A DNA stretch of 64,000 nt from Candidatus Multivoradales bacterium. Lineage in GTDB: Bacteria; Acidobacteriota; Thermoanaerobaculia; Multivoradales; JAHEKO01. The notes below the pieces were generated by a model. That model saw nothing but the letters and a program-made list of their open reading frames with translations. It was not told the DNA's origin and made no database searches. The position numbers and the translations under genes are program-made. The stretch spans positions 2,914,925-2,978,924 of the forward strand of contig CBDFIJ010000004.1 of the NCBI GenBank assembly GCA_965248055.1, written 5' to 3'. Below are positions 37,405 to 46,811 of this stretch, piece by piece. Within the stretch, counting starts at the first letter, position 1, and each line of letters opens with the position of its first letter.

Positions 37405-37950
37405 ATGACCTCAGATCAGCGTATGGCAAACGGGAGCAATCAGTCGATGATGAACTTGCAGCATTTAACAACACAATGGCTACAGGCGGAGGCCAGCCTG
37501 GCCGATGATGTAGATCAGCGTGCTGCAGCTGCCATACAGGCGTTGAACAAGCCCCACCCGCGGCAAGATTTGGTGGCTGCGGTGATGGCGAGAATTGCTA
37601 CCGTCAGTATTTGGGCACGGCGCCCAGTCCACTACATTGTTGCTTCGCTTTTGGTGTTTTTTGGGGCTGGTGTGGTGATGACAGCCAACTCGGCACCGGC
37701 TGCGGTGTCGGTGGCCCGTCTACCGGTCTGGCGCACCCTGGGACAACGGATGATTTCGGCTGGATATCAATTAGTGATTGAGATTCTGGAGATTTCGAAA
37801 ACGGTGGTCGATGCCATCACTTTGTCCTCCAGCTCTTGGTTAGTGGAATCGTTTGTGCCGTGGCTGGGGATCGTGTTGTTTTTGGCCGGTACTGCGTCGA
37901 TGGCGGTTTTTTCTTATTGGAGAGACGAACAAGGATTGAATCATGCGTAA
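37405..37950 (+). CDS. putative membrane anti-sigma factor / ECF-associated membrane protein
   Basis: Immediately downstream of ECF sigma; cytoplasmic N-terminus then 2-3 TM helices; no zinc-binding motif. Confidence 0.35.
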   Translation: MTSDQRMANGSNQSMMNLQHLTTQWLQAEASLADDVDQRAAAAIQALNKPHPRQDLVAAVMARIATVSIWARRPVHYIVASLLVFFGAGVVMTANSAPAAVSVARLPVWRTLGQRMISAGYQLVIEILEISKTVVDAITLSSSSWLVESFVPWLGIVLFLAGTASMAVFSYWRDEQGLNHA

Positions 37951-39271
37951 CAATATTTTGAATCGAATCTCGGCGCCAAGAACGGCCGTGCTGCTGGCGG
38001 CGCTGTTGGTTTTGCTGCTTGGATCAGGGTCACTAGGGCTCGCTCTTGCCCAAGAGACCCCCGAAGTCGAGCCAGTCCCAGAACCGGCGGAGCCGCCGGT
38101 AGTGGTACAAGAAGTTGAGGTGATTGAGCCTGAGGCGCCAGACGAACCCGCGACCGTGCGCATCAATCGCCACGATACTTCTGTGCAGATTTTCTCCGGC
38201 CTGACGGTGAAAGAAAACGAGATCTACAACGAAGCCGTGGCGATCTTGGGCCCGTTGAACGTCTACGGAATTGTAAAAGGTGACGCCGTGGCAGTCGGCG
38301 GGCCTGTCGAAGTTACGGGCAAAGTTGGCGGCGAACTGGTGAGTATCGGCGGCCCTGTCCATCTAGGACCTGAAGCTGAAGTCGGAAAGCTGGTCAACAT
38401 TGGCGGTACCTTGGACCAAGATGAGGGTGCCGTGATCCACGGAGCGATCCAAGAGATTGGTGGCAGCGGGTTTTCGATTGAGATTGATGGCGACAAGATC
38501 AAATTCGGTGATGACGAGATTGAGGAGCGGATCAGTGAGCGGATCCACGAGCGCCTCGACCGGGTGCATGAGCGCCGTGGCCGGGGTTATCGCAAGACAG
38601 CTAGGTTCTTCGGTGGCTTGGCTTGGTCCTTGGTGTCGATGGCTTTGTTGTTGTTCTTGCTCGCGGTGGCCGCAGTACTCGCGCCTCGACTCATTGATCG
38701 GGCTGAAGTCAAAACTCGAATTGATCCGTGGAAATCTGCGGTGGCTGGATTTCTCGCTTTGGTTGGTTTTGTTCCCGCGATGGTGGCTGGAATTATCTTC
38801 CTGGTGATTTCTGTCGTCGGGATCTTGTTGATCCCGGTGTTTGTCCCGCTGATGTTATTGGCTCTGGTTGCTGGAGTGATTGTCGGTTTTGCTGCCGTGG
38901 CGCAACGAGTCGGTGGGCTGGTCTCCGGACGTTTTGGCTGGAGTTTTGGCAGAGTGCCGACGATCGCAGTAGGCGCGATCGCGATTTACGCGATTTGGTT
39001 GATCGGAAAGCTGTTGTCTTGGATTCCAATCCTCGGCTGGGGTACCGAGCTGATCGGTTGTCTGATCGTGATCATCGCTTGGACGGTGGGTTTGGGAGCG
39101 TTGCTTCTGGCGGCGTTCGACCCTCCGCGGGGGGATGACGAGGTCGGCGGCGCGACCGATGACGAGCCTCTAGTCTCAACACCCGCACCACCACCTCCGA
39201 TACCGGCTGATGAAGCGGTGGTTGGGGCTCTCGATGAGATCGAAGAGGAGTTGTCGGACGAAGAGGGTTAA
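37943..39271 (+). CDS. membrane protein with beta-helical (bactofilin/DUF4097-like) G-x-V repeat domain and C-terminal polytopic region
   Basis: Signal peptide, Pro/Glu-rich linker, repeats 'VKGDAVAVGGPVEVTGKVGGELVSIGGPVHLG...', then 5-6 TM helices and acidic tail; third gene of ECF operon. Confidence 0.5.
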   Translation: MRNNILNRISAPRTAVLLAALLVLLLGSGSLGLALAQETPEVEPVPEPAEPPVVVQEVEVIEPEAPDEPATVRINRHDTSVQIFSGLTVKENEIYNEAVAILGPLNVYGIVKGDAVAVGGPVEVTGKVGGELVSIGGPVHLGPEAEVGKLVNIGGTLDQDEGAVIHGAIQEIGGSGFSIEIDGDKIKFGDDEIEERISERIHERLDRVHERRGRGYRKTARFFGGLAWSLVSMALLLFLLAVAAVLAPRLIDRAEVKTRIDPWKSAVAGFLALVGFVPAMVAGIIFLVISVVGILLIPVFVPLMLLALVAGVIVGFAAVAQRVGGLVSGRFGWSFGRVPTIAVGAIAIYAIWLIGKLLSWIPILGWGTELIGCLIVIIAWTVGLGALLLAAFDPPRGDDEVGGATDDEPLVSTPAPPPPIPADEAVVGALDEIEEELSDEEG

Positions 39272-39308
39272 CTTTCCACCGCCTTTCGGCTCAAGACCGA
39301 AATACCGA

Positions 39309-41534
39309 CTACGCCTGCGCTGGAGGTTTTCTTCGGCGCAGGCGTTCGTTTAGCGAGGTGTTACGGCGGCTGGGCTTGTGGGTTCGAATCGCCATCTCGA
39401 CGGCGTTTTTGGGACCCAAAAGTACCACCAGCTTGGACGCTCTGGTGACCGCGGTATACAGCAAGTTGCGCACCAACATGATGTAGTGCTGGGTGTGCAG
39501 CGGAATCACCACACAGGGATATTCACTGCCCTGTGACTTGTGGATGGAACAGGCATAGGCAAGCACGATCTGGTCGAGTTCTTGGTGCTTGTAGCTCAGC
39601 AATCGTCCGTCGATCTCGATGGTTGCGGTGCGTTTGTCGAGCGCCCTGATTTCGCCGATGTCGCCGTTGTAGACCCCCAACTCATAGTTGTTGCGGATTT
39701 GCATTACCCGGTCGCCGACCCGTAGTTCGCGGCGTTCGCTCTTGAGTCGTTGGCCGTCTGGATTGAGGATCTGTTGCAGGCATGAGTTGAGATTTTCGAT
39801 CCCTAAGGTGCCACGACGCATCGGCGATAGGACTTGAATATCCCGCGTTGGGTCGAAGCCGAAGCGGGCTGGGAGACGGTCAGTCACCAAGTGTTGCAGG
39901 GTGTCGATGATTTCCTCGGGCTGTTGCCGCTCGATCCAGTAAAAATCGCCGTCGACCGCTGAGGAGGTTTGTAGATCGGTGTCGCCGTGCAAGATGCGAT
40001 GGGCGTTGGCAATAATGCGACTGTTTCTAGCCTGGCGGTAGACCTCAGTCAGGCGGATGATCGGCACCGATGCCGACGCGATGACATCGTGCAGCACCTT
40101 CCCAGGCCCCACCGACGGAAGTTGGTCGACATCGCCGGCTAGCACCAGTTGCGCAGTCGGGGGCAGGGCTCGGAGAAGGTCACGAAACAACGGTAGGTCG
40201 ATCATCGAGGCCTCGTCCACCAGAATCAGGTCGTGGGAAAGAGGCCGCTCAGCGCCGCGCAGAAAACCACCTGTGCTGGGATCGAACTCCAACAGACGGT
40301 GCAAGGTGCTGGCGTCAAAACCGGTGGTCTCTTGCAGCCGCTTAGCAGCGCGACCGGTGGGCCCAGCGAGGGCAACGCGGCGTTTCTTTTGCCGCAGGAT
40401 GTCAACGATACCGCGCACCAAGGTGGTTTTTCCGGTTCCCGGACCGCCAGTGATCACCACCACCTTGTTCTCGATTGCCTGGCGGATCGCTGATCTCTGC
40501 GCTTCGGCCAGCTCGATTTGTTCCTGAGCTTCAAACCACTTCAGTGCTTTGTCGACTTGGATGCGAAACGGCTTCAGCGGGGCTGCGTTTAATCGAAACA
40601 GGAGCTTCGCAGCTTCCTCTTCGGCTGCCCACAGCTCCGCCAGGTAGGCACGGCCCTGGTCAATCTGCAGTCTTCTTTGCTTCACCAACTGTTGCATTCC
40701 GGTGGTGATCGCCGGCTCGGCTACTTGCAGCAGTTCCGATGCCTGTTGCAGCGCAGAGGACAGCGGCAGAAATACGTGTCCCTGTTCTCTGGCCCGCCCC
40801 AGAATGTGAAGCACGCCAGCCGCCACCCTGCTCGGTGCTTCCCCCACTACACCCAGGGATTGAGCCAGTCGATCTGAGGTATGAAAACCAATACCCGAGA
40901 AATCCAGGGCCAAGCGGTAGGGATCTGCCTCGACCACTTCCGCGGCGTTGCCACCGTAAAGCTTGGCCACCCGTTGCGCTTGGGCCAGGCCCATCCCGCC
41001 TCCCTGCAGCATCACCAGGACTTTCTGCTGGGAGGCATGCAGGCGCAGCGCCTTGCCAATCGATCGAGCCCGCTTGGGACCGATTCCGGAAACCCGGTTG
41101 AGCTTCTGTGGGGAGTCGATACCGACTTCCAGCACCTGCTCGCCGAATTCAGCCACCAAGCGCTCAGCCAGAGAACGACCAATACCTGGGATCAACCCGG
41201 AGGCCAGGAAACGCAGCACGCCCTCTTTGCTTGCCGGCGGCACCACGCGGGCTTCTTGCGCCCGCAACTGCATGCCGAATTTCGGTTGTAGCTCCAGTTT
41301 CCCCGACGCTTCCAGTTCTTCGCCCGGTTCAACCGGGGGGAGCGAACCGACCACAGTCAGAGGTTTGCCGCCAGCGACACGAATTCGCACCACCGCCCAT
41401 CCGCCATCATCTGAGCGAAAAATGACCCGCTCAACCGGTCCTCGGGCGGTATGTCCAGAGTGGCTGGTGGCGCGATCGGTTGGCTTGGCAGGGAAAGGGG
41501 AATCCATCCGCCAATTGTGCCAGAATGGCGCCAT
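39309..41534 (-). CDS. recD2: ATP-dependent RecD-like DNA helicase (RecD2)
   Basis: Walker A 'VITGGPGTGKTT', 'DEASMID', C-terminal 'YACSIHKSQGSEYPCVVIPL'. Confidence 0.8.
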   Translation of the reverse strand: MAPFWHNWRMDSPFPAKPTDRATSHSGHTARGPVERVIFRSDDGGWAVVRIRVAGGKPLTVVGSLPPVEPGEELEASGKLELQPKFGMQLRAQEARVVPPASKEGVLRFLASGLIPGIGRSLAERLVAEFGEQVLEVGIDSPQKLNRVSGIGPKRARSIGKALRLHASQQKVLVMLQGGGMGLAQAQRVAKLYGGNAAEVVEADPYRLALDFSGIGFHTSDRLAQSLGVVGEAPSRVAAGVLHILGRAREQGHVFLPLSSALQQASELLQVAEPAITTGMQQLVKQRRLQIDQGRAYLAELWAAEEEAAKLLFRLNAAPLKPFRIQVDKALKWFEAQEQIELAEAQRSAIRQAIENKVVVITGGPGTGKTTLVRGIVDILRQKKRRVALAGPTGRAAKRLQETTGFDASTLHRLLEFDPSTGGFLRGAERPLSHDLILVDEASMIDLPLFRDLLRALPPTAQLVLAGDVDQLPSVGPGKVLHDVIASASVPIIRLTEVYRQARNSRIIANAHRILHGDTDLQTSSAVDGDFYWIERQQPEEIIDTLQHLVTDRLPARFGFDPTRDIQVLSPMRRGTLGIENLNSCLQQILNPDGQRLKSERRELRVGDRVMQIRNNYELGVYNGDIGEIRALDKRTATIEIDGRLLSYKHQELDQIVLAYACSIHKSQGSEYPCVVIPLHTQHYIMLVRNLLYTAVTRASKLVVLLGPKNAVEMAIRTHKPSRRNTSLNERLRRRKPPAQA

Positions 41535-42927
41535 GGCTGCTGTACCTCAAGTGATGGTGATCGATGATGAGACCGGGTCGCGGGAGTCAATGGCGATTGC
41601 GGTGGAGAAGGCGGGCTGGGTGGTTCGCTCTTTTGCCGATGCCGAGGAGGCGCTGGCTTACCTCAGTGACCATCCGCAGATTCAGATCGCGATCTGTGAC
41701 CTACGCATGCCTGGGGTCGACGGCCTGGAGTTCGTCCGTCGGGCGCGCGAGGCGGGCGAGGAATTGGCGATCATTTTAGTCACCGGCTACGGATCGATCG
41801 AGAATGCGGTCGAAGCGATGCGGATTGGCGCCAACGACTACTTGACCAAGCCTGTCGATCTCTATGAATTACGCCAACGGGTACGCAACTTGACGGAAAA
41901 CCAAGAGTTGCGCAGTGAGGTCTCCAGCCTCCGGCAAATGCTTGATAAGCGCTACGGATTTGAATCGATCTTGGGTCATTCCACGCCCATGGAACGGCTG
42001 TTCGAGCAGATGCGCATGGTTGCCTCGACCCGTTCTAGCGTCTTGATCGTCGGCGAGAGCGGTACCGGAAAAGAGTTGGTGGCCAAGGCGTTACACCAGG
42101 CGAGCGATCGCAACGAGCGTCGCTTCCTGGCGATCAACTGCGGTGCGATTCCCCCTGACATTTTGGAGAGCGAGCTGTTCGGTCATGAAAAGGGAGCTTT
42201 CACTGGCGCCATTAGCCGCAAGATCGGCAAGTTCGAGTTGGCGCATAAGGGCACATTGTTTCTCGATGAGATTAGCGAGTTGTACCCCGAACTACAGGTC
42301 AAGTTGCTGCGCGTGTTGGAGGAACGGCAAGTCATGCGGGTTGGCGCTGGAGACTTGATTGATGTTGATTTTCGACTGATCGCTGCCACCAATCGAGATC
42401 TCGAGTCCTTGGTCGAGAACGGCAGATTCCGCGAAGATCTTTACTATCGGCTCAAGGTGGTAACACTGGAGATTCCACCCTTGCGCCAGCGCGGTGAGGA
42501 CATCGGTCTGCTGGCCGAACACTACTTAAACAAGTTTTGCACTGACCACGGTCGTGAACCGAAGCAACTGAGCGCGGAAGCGGTGTGGGCGTTACGCGGT
42601 TTTCCGTGGCCTGGCAACGTGCGCCAACTGCGCAACGTGATGGAGTCGGTGGTGATTTTTCATACCACCGATCGTGTCGAGGCCAGCGATCTGCCGGAGG
42701 AGATCGGTGGATCGCCGGTGCCCGCCTCGGCACTTGAGGGTGAAGTCCAAATGTCGCGCAAGATGACCATGGCCGAACTGGAACAGTGGGCCATCTTGGA
42801 CGCCCTGCAACGGTCGGACGGCCATCGCGGTGACGCTGCGAAAGCGCTAGAAATCGGCTTGCGTACGCTACAGCGTAAGCTCAAACAATATCGCGACGAG
42901 GGAGTCGAAATCGCCGGCTCCGACTAA
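41533..42927 (+). CDS. sigma-54-dependent response regulator (NtrC/Fis family)
   Basis: REC 'MVIDDE...D', AAA+ 'GESGTGKE', 'GAFTGA' sigma-54 contact motif, C-terminal Fis HTH; true start ATG 41533 (ORF-track extension to 40963 is non-coding). Confidence 0.85.
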   Translation: MAAVPQVMVIDDETGSRESMAIAVEKAGWVVRSFADAEEALAYLSDHPQIQIAICDLRMPGVDGLEFVRRAREAGEELAIILVTGYGSIENAVEAMRIGANDYLTKPVDLYELRQRVRNLTENQELRSEVSSLRQMLDKRYGFESILGHSTPMERLFEQMRMVASTRSSVLIVGESGTGKELVAKALHQASDRNERRFLAINCGAIPPDILESELFGHEKGAFTGAISRKIGKFELAHKGTLFLDEISELYPELQVKLLRVLEERQVMRVGAGDLIDVDFRLIAATNRDLESLVENGRFREDLYYRLKVVTLEIPPLRQRGEDIGLLAEHYLNKFCTDHGREPKQLSAEAVWALRGFPWPGNVRQLRNVMESVVIFHTTDRVEASDLPEEIGGSPVPASALEGEVQMSRKMTMAELEQWAILDALQRSDGHRGDAAKALEIGLRTLQRKLKQYRDEGVEIAGSD

Positions 42928-42946
42928 CCGAGACCGAGAAACGACC

Positions 42947-43171
42947 ATGGATGTACCAACCATAGTGCTGATCCACAATGCCCAACTTGGGCTCAAAGGC
43001 CAAGAGGGCAAGCTGTTTGAAATTGCCTCGGGCTACTATGAGGTTGAGTATGCGTTTGGTAACAATCGCCATCGCGTGTTGTTGCCGATTGCGGATACCG
43101 TTTTGATCGCCGCTGATCCAGAGGAGGATCTTGGCGAGACCATCGAGGTGGAGGAGATAGGGCGCGGTTAG
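42947..43171 (+). CDS. small acidic hypothetical protein (74 aa)
   Basis: ATG 19 bp after regulator stop; no motifs. Confidence 0.35.
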   Translation: MDVPTIVLIHNAQLGLKGQEGKLFEIASGYYEVEYAFGNNRHRVLLPIADTVLIAADPEEDLGETIEVEEIGRG

Positions 43172-43199
43172 CAGCGCTCCATGTGACCTGGGGCGTGTC

Positions 43200-43931
43200 T
43201 TAGAGAGTCAAACCCCTCATCGCAGACAGCATCTCTTCCACTGCGGTGCCGATCCCGACCAGGGTGGATCGGGCGATCAGCCAATGGCCGATGTTGAGTT
43301 CCTGGAGCGCGGGGTTTTCCGCAATCGGTCCGACATTGTTGGTGGTCAGGCCGTGCCCGGCATAAACCTGCAGTCCGAGTTCTGAACCCATTGCCACCGC
43401 CACCGAAAACCGATCGAGTTGCTGGTTTCGCCCGCTGCGGTCCGCACGGGTGTAGTGGTCGGTGTTGATTTCGAAACCATGAATCGGTGCAAGGTCCCAC
43501 TTAGCTAGCTGTTCGAACTGGATCGGTTCGGGATCAATAAATAGCGAAACTAGAATGCCGGCCTGTACCAAACGAGCTGCGGATTGCTCCAGCGCGTCTC
43601 GATTGCTGGCGAGGTCGAGCCCGCCCTCGGTGGTGATTTCACCATCCCGTTCGGGTACCAGAGTCACTTGATCGGGATGCAGCTCCACGGCTATGTCGAG
43701 CATTTCGTCACTGGCGGCGATCTCCAAATTGAGCTTGCCGCGCACCGATCGGCGTAACTCCACGACGTCTTGGTCTTGAATGTGCCGACGGTCGTGGCGC
43801 AGATGCACGGTAATCCCCGCCGCACCTGCCCCTTCGGCCAGCAATGCTGCTTCCACCGGCGAAGGGTAGTTGCTACCTCGGGCTTGTCGCAGAGTGGCGA
43901 TGTGGTCGACGTTGACGGATAACAGGGTCAT
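43200..43931 (-). CDS. pdxJ: pyridoxine 5'-phosphate synthase
   Basis: 'LSVNVDHIATLRQARG' N-terminus and full-length PdxJ pattern. Confidence 0.85.
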   Translation of the reverse strand: MTLLSVNVDHIATLRQARGSNYPSPVEAALLAEGAGAAGITVHLRHDRRHIQDQDVVELRRSVRGKLNLEIAASDEMLDIAVELHPDQVTLVPERDGEITTEGGLDLASNRDALEQSAARLVQAGILVSLFIDPEPIQFEQLAKWDLAPIHGFEINTDHYTRADRSGRNQQLDRFSVAVAMGSELGLQVYAGHGLTTNNVGPIAENPALQELNIGHWLIARSTLVGIGTAVEEMLSAMRGLTL

Positions 43932-45301
43932 GAAGGAGTTTCGACCAATTCGGTTTGGGATTCTGGGAGCTGGCGTCGAGCGACCACCGCGATGCTCTCG
44001 GCCAACGCCTCGATTTCGCTCTGTTCTTCGCCTTCGATCATGATTCTCAGCAAGGGCTCGGTGCCGCTGTAGCGAATCACCAATCGACCTCGATCACCCA
44101 ATTGCTGATGGACCTGCTCAATCACGGTTGCCAATGGCTCCACTTCGTTGATCGGTATTCTGACGCCCACCCGCACGTTGGCGATCAATTGGGGCAAACG
44201 TTTCAAGTCGGCGAGTGCCTCGCTGAGTCGAAGGCGCAACGCTGCGAGAATTGACGCGACCCGCAGCCCGGTGAGGATCCCGTCTCCGGTGGAAGCGGTG
44301 CTTAGGTCAACGATGTGCCCCGATTGCTCGCCGCCCAAGGTGAGTCCTTCGGAACGCAACGTTTCGACCACCGCGCGGTCTCCAACATCACAGCGAATCA
44401 TTGAAATTCCTCGCGCTGCAAGAGCCTGTTCCAGTCCCAGGTTGCTCATTGAGGTGGCGACGATCTTCGGCGGGTCGAGCTGGCTTTGTCGAGTTAGTGC
44501 GGTTGCCCACAAGAACAGAATCGCGTCGCCATCGCGGGTGTTGCCCCGTTCGTCGACCAGCACCGCTCGGTCTGCGTCGCCGTCAAAGGCGATACCCAAA
44601 TCCGCGCCCGCATCGACCACGGCTTGTTGTAATTTTCCGGTGTCAGTAGATCCACAACCGCGGTTGATGTTGATCCCGTTGGGGGCGTCAGCGATGGTTT
44701 GGACGTTGGCTCCGTAGGAAGAAAAGACCTGCTCGGCGATCGGTGCGGCGGCGCCGTTGGCGGTGTCGAGCACGATTGTCAAGCCAGCCAAAGAACCGGC
44801 GGGAAGCGCTTGGCACAAGGTGTCTCGGTAGTGGTCGAGTAGAGAAATGTCCGTGGTCAGTGGGCTGGACTGGGGAATGGTTCGTTCGATCGCTGCCAGG
44901 GCGCGGTGTTCAATGTCCTCTTCCGCTTGACGCGTGAGCTTACTGCCGTCGGCAGAAATCAATTTGATGCCGTTGTCGGTGTACGGGTTATGACTGGCGG
45001 AGACCACGATGCCAGCCCCGGCGGAGAAGTCGGTCACCAAGCGAGCCACGCCGGGGGTGGGAATCACCCCAGCATTGCGCACTGCTACCCCACAGCGTTC
45101 TAGGGCTGATTGCAACAGAGCCAAGATGTCCTCGGTGCTCGCCCGGGTATCACCGCCGACCACGATCGACGGATTGCTGCTCTGCTCAGCGAGCCATGAG
45201 CCGACCGCGGTGCCGAGGGCTGAGATCGTAATGGGATCTAACGGGTACTCACCGGCGACGCCGCGAACGCCGTCGGTGCCAAACAGGCGATTGGAGCTCA
45301 T
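43928..45301 (-). CDS. glmM: phosphoglucosamine mutase
   Basis: 'LFGTDGVRG' N-terminus, phosphoserine loop 'SASHNPYTDNGIK'. Confidence 0.9.
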   Translation of the reverse strand: MSSNRLFGTDGVRGVAGEYPLDPITISALGTAVGSWLAEQSSNPSIVVGGDTRASTEDILALLQSALERCGVAVRNAGVIPTPGVARLVTDFSAGAGIVVSASHNPYTDNGIKLISADGSKLTRQAEEDIEHRALAAIERTIPQSSPLTTDISLLDHYRDTLCQALPAGSLAGLTIVLDTANGAAAPIAEQVFSSYGANVQTIADAPNGININRGCGSTDTGKLQQAVVDAGADLGIAFDGDADRAVLVDERGNTRDGDAILFLWATALTRQSQLDPPKIVATSMSNLGLEQALAARGISMIRCDVGDRAVVETLRSEGLTLGGEQSGHIVDLSTASTGDGILTGLRVASILAALRLRLSEALADLKRLPQLIANVRVGVRIPINEVEPLATVIEQVHQQLGDRGRLVIRYSGTEPLLRIMIEGEEQSEIEALAESIAVVARRQLPESQTELVETPS

Positions 45302-45963
45302 GATCCGTTGTCGCCGCCCGCTGGTACTTGGAGTTCAACCGTCACTTGCACCAACTGCGGACCGACGATTTGTAGTGCCGTGGGTTGGCCGGACACGATC
45401 GAGGCGGTTTCGGAGAAATCCAAGGCGTGTCCATCCAGGGTGATTGGGCTGGTTGGAACAAAATCGAGCGAGTTGAGCAGGCGCTCCGAGCCACGCAGTA
45501 TCACCGTCGCTGGGTCTGAGGTCGCCTGGATGACAACGGCTCCGGCGGCCGGCTCACCGATCAGGCGAGGCTTAACCGTGGCCTCGCGGGTTGCTTCGCG
45601 ATCCAGTTCCACACTCAAGGTTTCCGGGTCGAGTGAGGTTACCGTCATCTCGGGAGGAAGTTGCACGGTGCTGGCGTCAAGAGGGATTTCTTGTGGCCCC
45701 AGGCGGGGTTCCGGGGTAACCAGGATACTGATTTGAAAGGGGTTGAGGGTGCGCACTGCGCTTTCCGATCCGCGTACTGCAATTTGCACCTGGCCAGGCC
45801 GCCGTAACAGAACAAAACCTTCCGGTGAGTCATAGACCACGTCGACGTTGAGCACCCGCTCATTCTGCGGTTCCGTGCGCTCCAAGGTTATGAGGGTCCA
45901 GGCCACTAGTGCGGCAACCGCCGCAAACAGGCGTAGTCCCCACACTCCCATTCGAGGACTCAT
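45298..45963 (-). CDS. cdaR: YbbR-domain protein (CdaR, diadenylate cyclase regulator)
   Basis: N-terminal TM + YbbR-like repeats; position between cdaA and glmM conserved. Confidence 0.6.
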   Translation of the reverse strand: MSPRMGVWGLRLFAAVAALVAWTLITLERTEPQNERVLNVDVVYDSPEGFVLLRRPGQVQIAVRGSESAVRTLNPFQISILVTPEPRLGPQEIPLDASTVQLPPEMTVTSLDPETLSVELDREATREATVKPRLIGEPAAGAVVIQATSDPATVILRGSERLLNSLDFVPTSPITLDGHALDFSETASIVSGQPTALQIVGPQLVQVTVELQVPAGGDNGS

Positions 45964-46811
45964 GCCGCTCCTTTCTTGTTCTGTGGGTAAAGATCGGTGA
46001 CCAAATACTTATACAGCAGGTTGCGTAGCGTGGTGGCGTCGAGGTCGCGTTGCAGAGTTCCAGCGATGCCCACCGAAATGGTTCCAGTTTCTTCGGAAAC
46101 AACCACCGCGAGCGCGTCGGTTTCCCGGGTAATACCGATCGCCGCTCGATGACGGGTGCCCAAGCTGGTGGAAATTTCGGCGCCCAAGGACAAGGGGAGA
46201 AAGCAACCGGCGGCGACCACCCGGTCTTGATGAATCAAGACTGCTCCGTCGTGCAGCGGAGCACCAGGGTTGAAGATGTTGACCAACAAGTCGTAGGAGA
46301 GCTGGCCGTCGATGGCGATGCCGTTCTGGGCAAACTCGCGCAGACCCTCCAATCGCTCGACGACAATTAAGGCGCCTTGCCGTTTCGCGGCGAGAGCGGT
46401 ACTGGCTAGAACAATGTCTTCAAAGCCGGACACCACTTTTCCTTGCCCTCGAAAACCCCACAGCGGATTTCGACCGAACCGTGCCAGGGCTCGCCGAATT
46501 TCCGATTGGAAAAGCACAATCACCGCAAAGGGCAGGACGATCAGAAACTTGTCGAGAATTTCGTACAGCGCGTGCAGGCCGGTCGCGCGAGCAACGAAGT
46601 AAACCACCACCAAGAAGCTCATTCCGAGCAACACTTGAACCGCGCGGGTTCCACGAATCAACAGCAGGATGTAGTAGAAGACCAGCGCGACCAGCGCGAT
46701 ATCCAGCGCTTGGCGCCAGGTCAGGAGTTGCAGTAGGCCTTGGATCGTCACGGTGCCGATTTCATCACGATGACCCCGGCTCGGGGAAGTCCTGCTGCGG
46801 AAATGCCTCAT
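45960..46811 (-). CDS. cdaA: diadenylate cyclase CdaA (DisA_N/DAC domain)
   Basis: Three N-terminal TM helices; DAC motifs 'DGAVLIHQDRV' and 'GTRHRAAIGITRETDA'. Confidence 0.8.
   Translation of the reverse strand: MRHFRSRTSPSRGHRDEIGTVTIQGLLQLLTWRQALDIALVALVFYYILLLIRGTRAVQVLLGMSFLVVVYFVARATGLHALYEILDKFLIVLPFAVIVLFQSEIRRALARFGRNPLWGFRGQGKVVSGFEDIVLASTALAAKRQGALIVVERLEGLREFAQNGIAIDGQLSYDLLVNIFNPGAPLHDGAVLIHQDRVVAAGCFLPLSLGAEISTSLGTRHRAAIGITRETDALAVVVSEETGTISVGIAGTLQRDLDATTLRNLLYKYLVTDLYPQNKKGAA

Noticed and set aside
40963-41532. 5' extension of sigma-54 activator ORF to 654 aa
   Set aside because: The extension is antisense to the conserved recD2 N-terminal coding region and is Arg/Pro-rich. 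The REC domain begins at the ATG at 41533.
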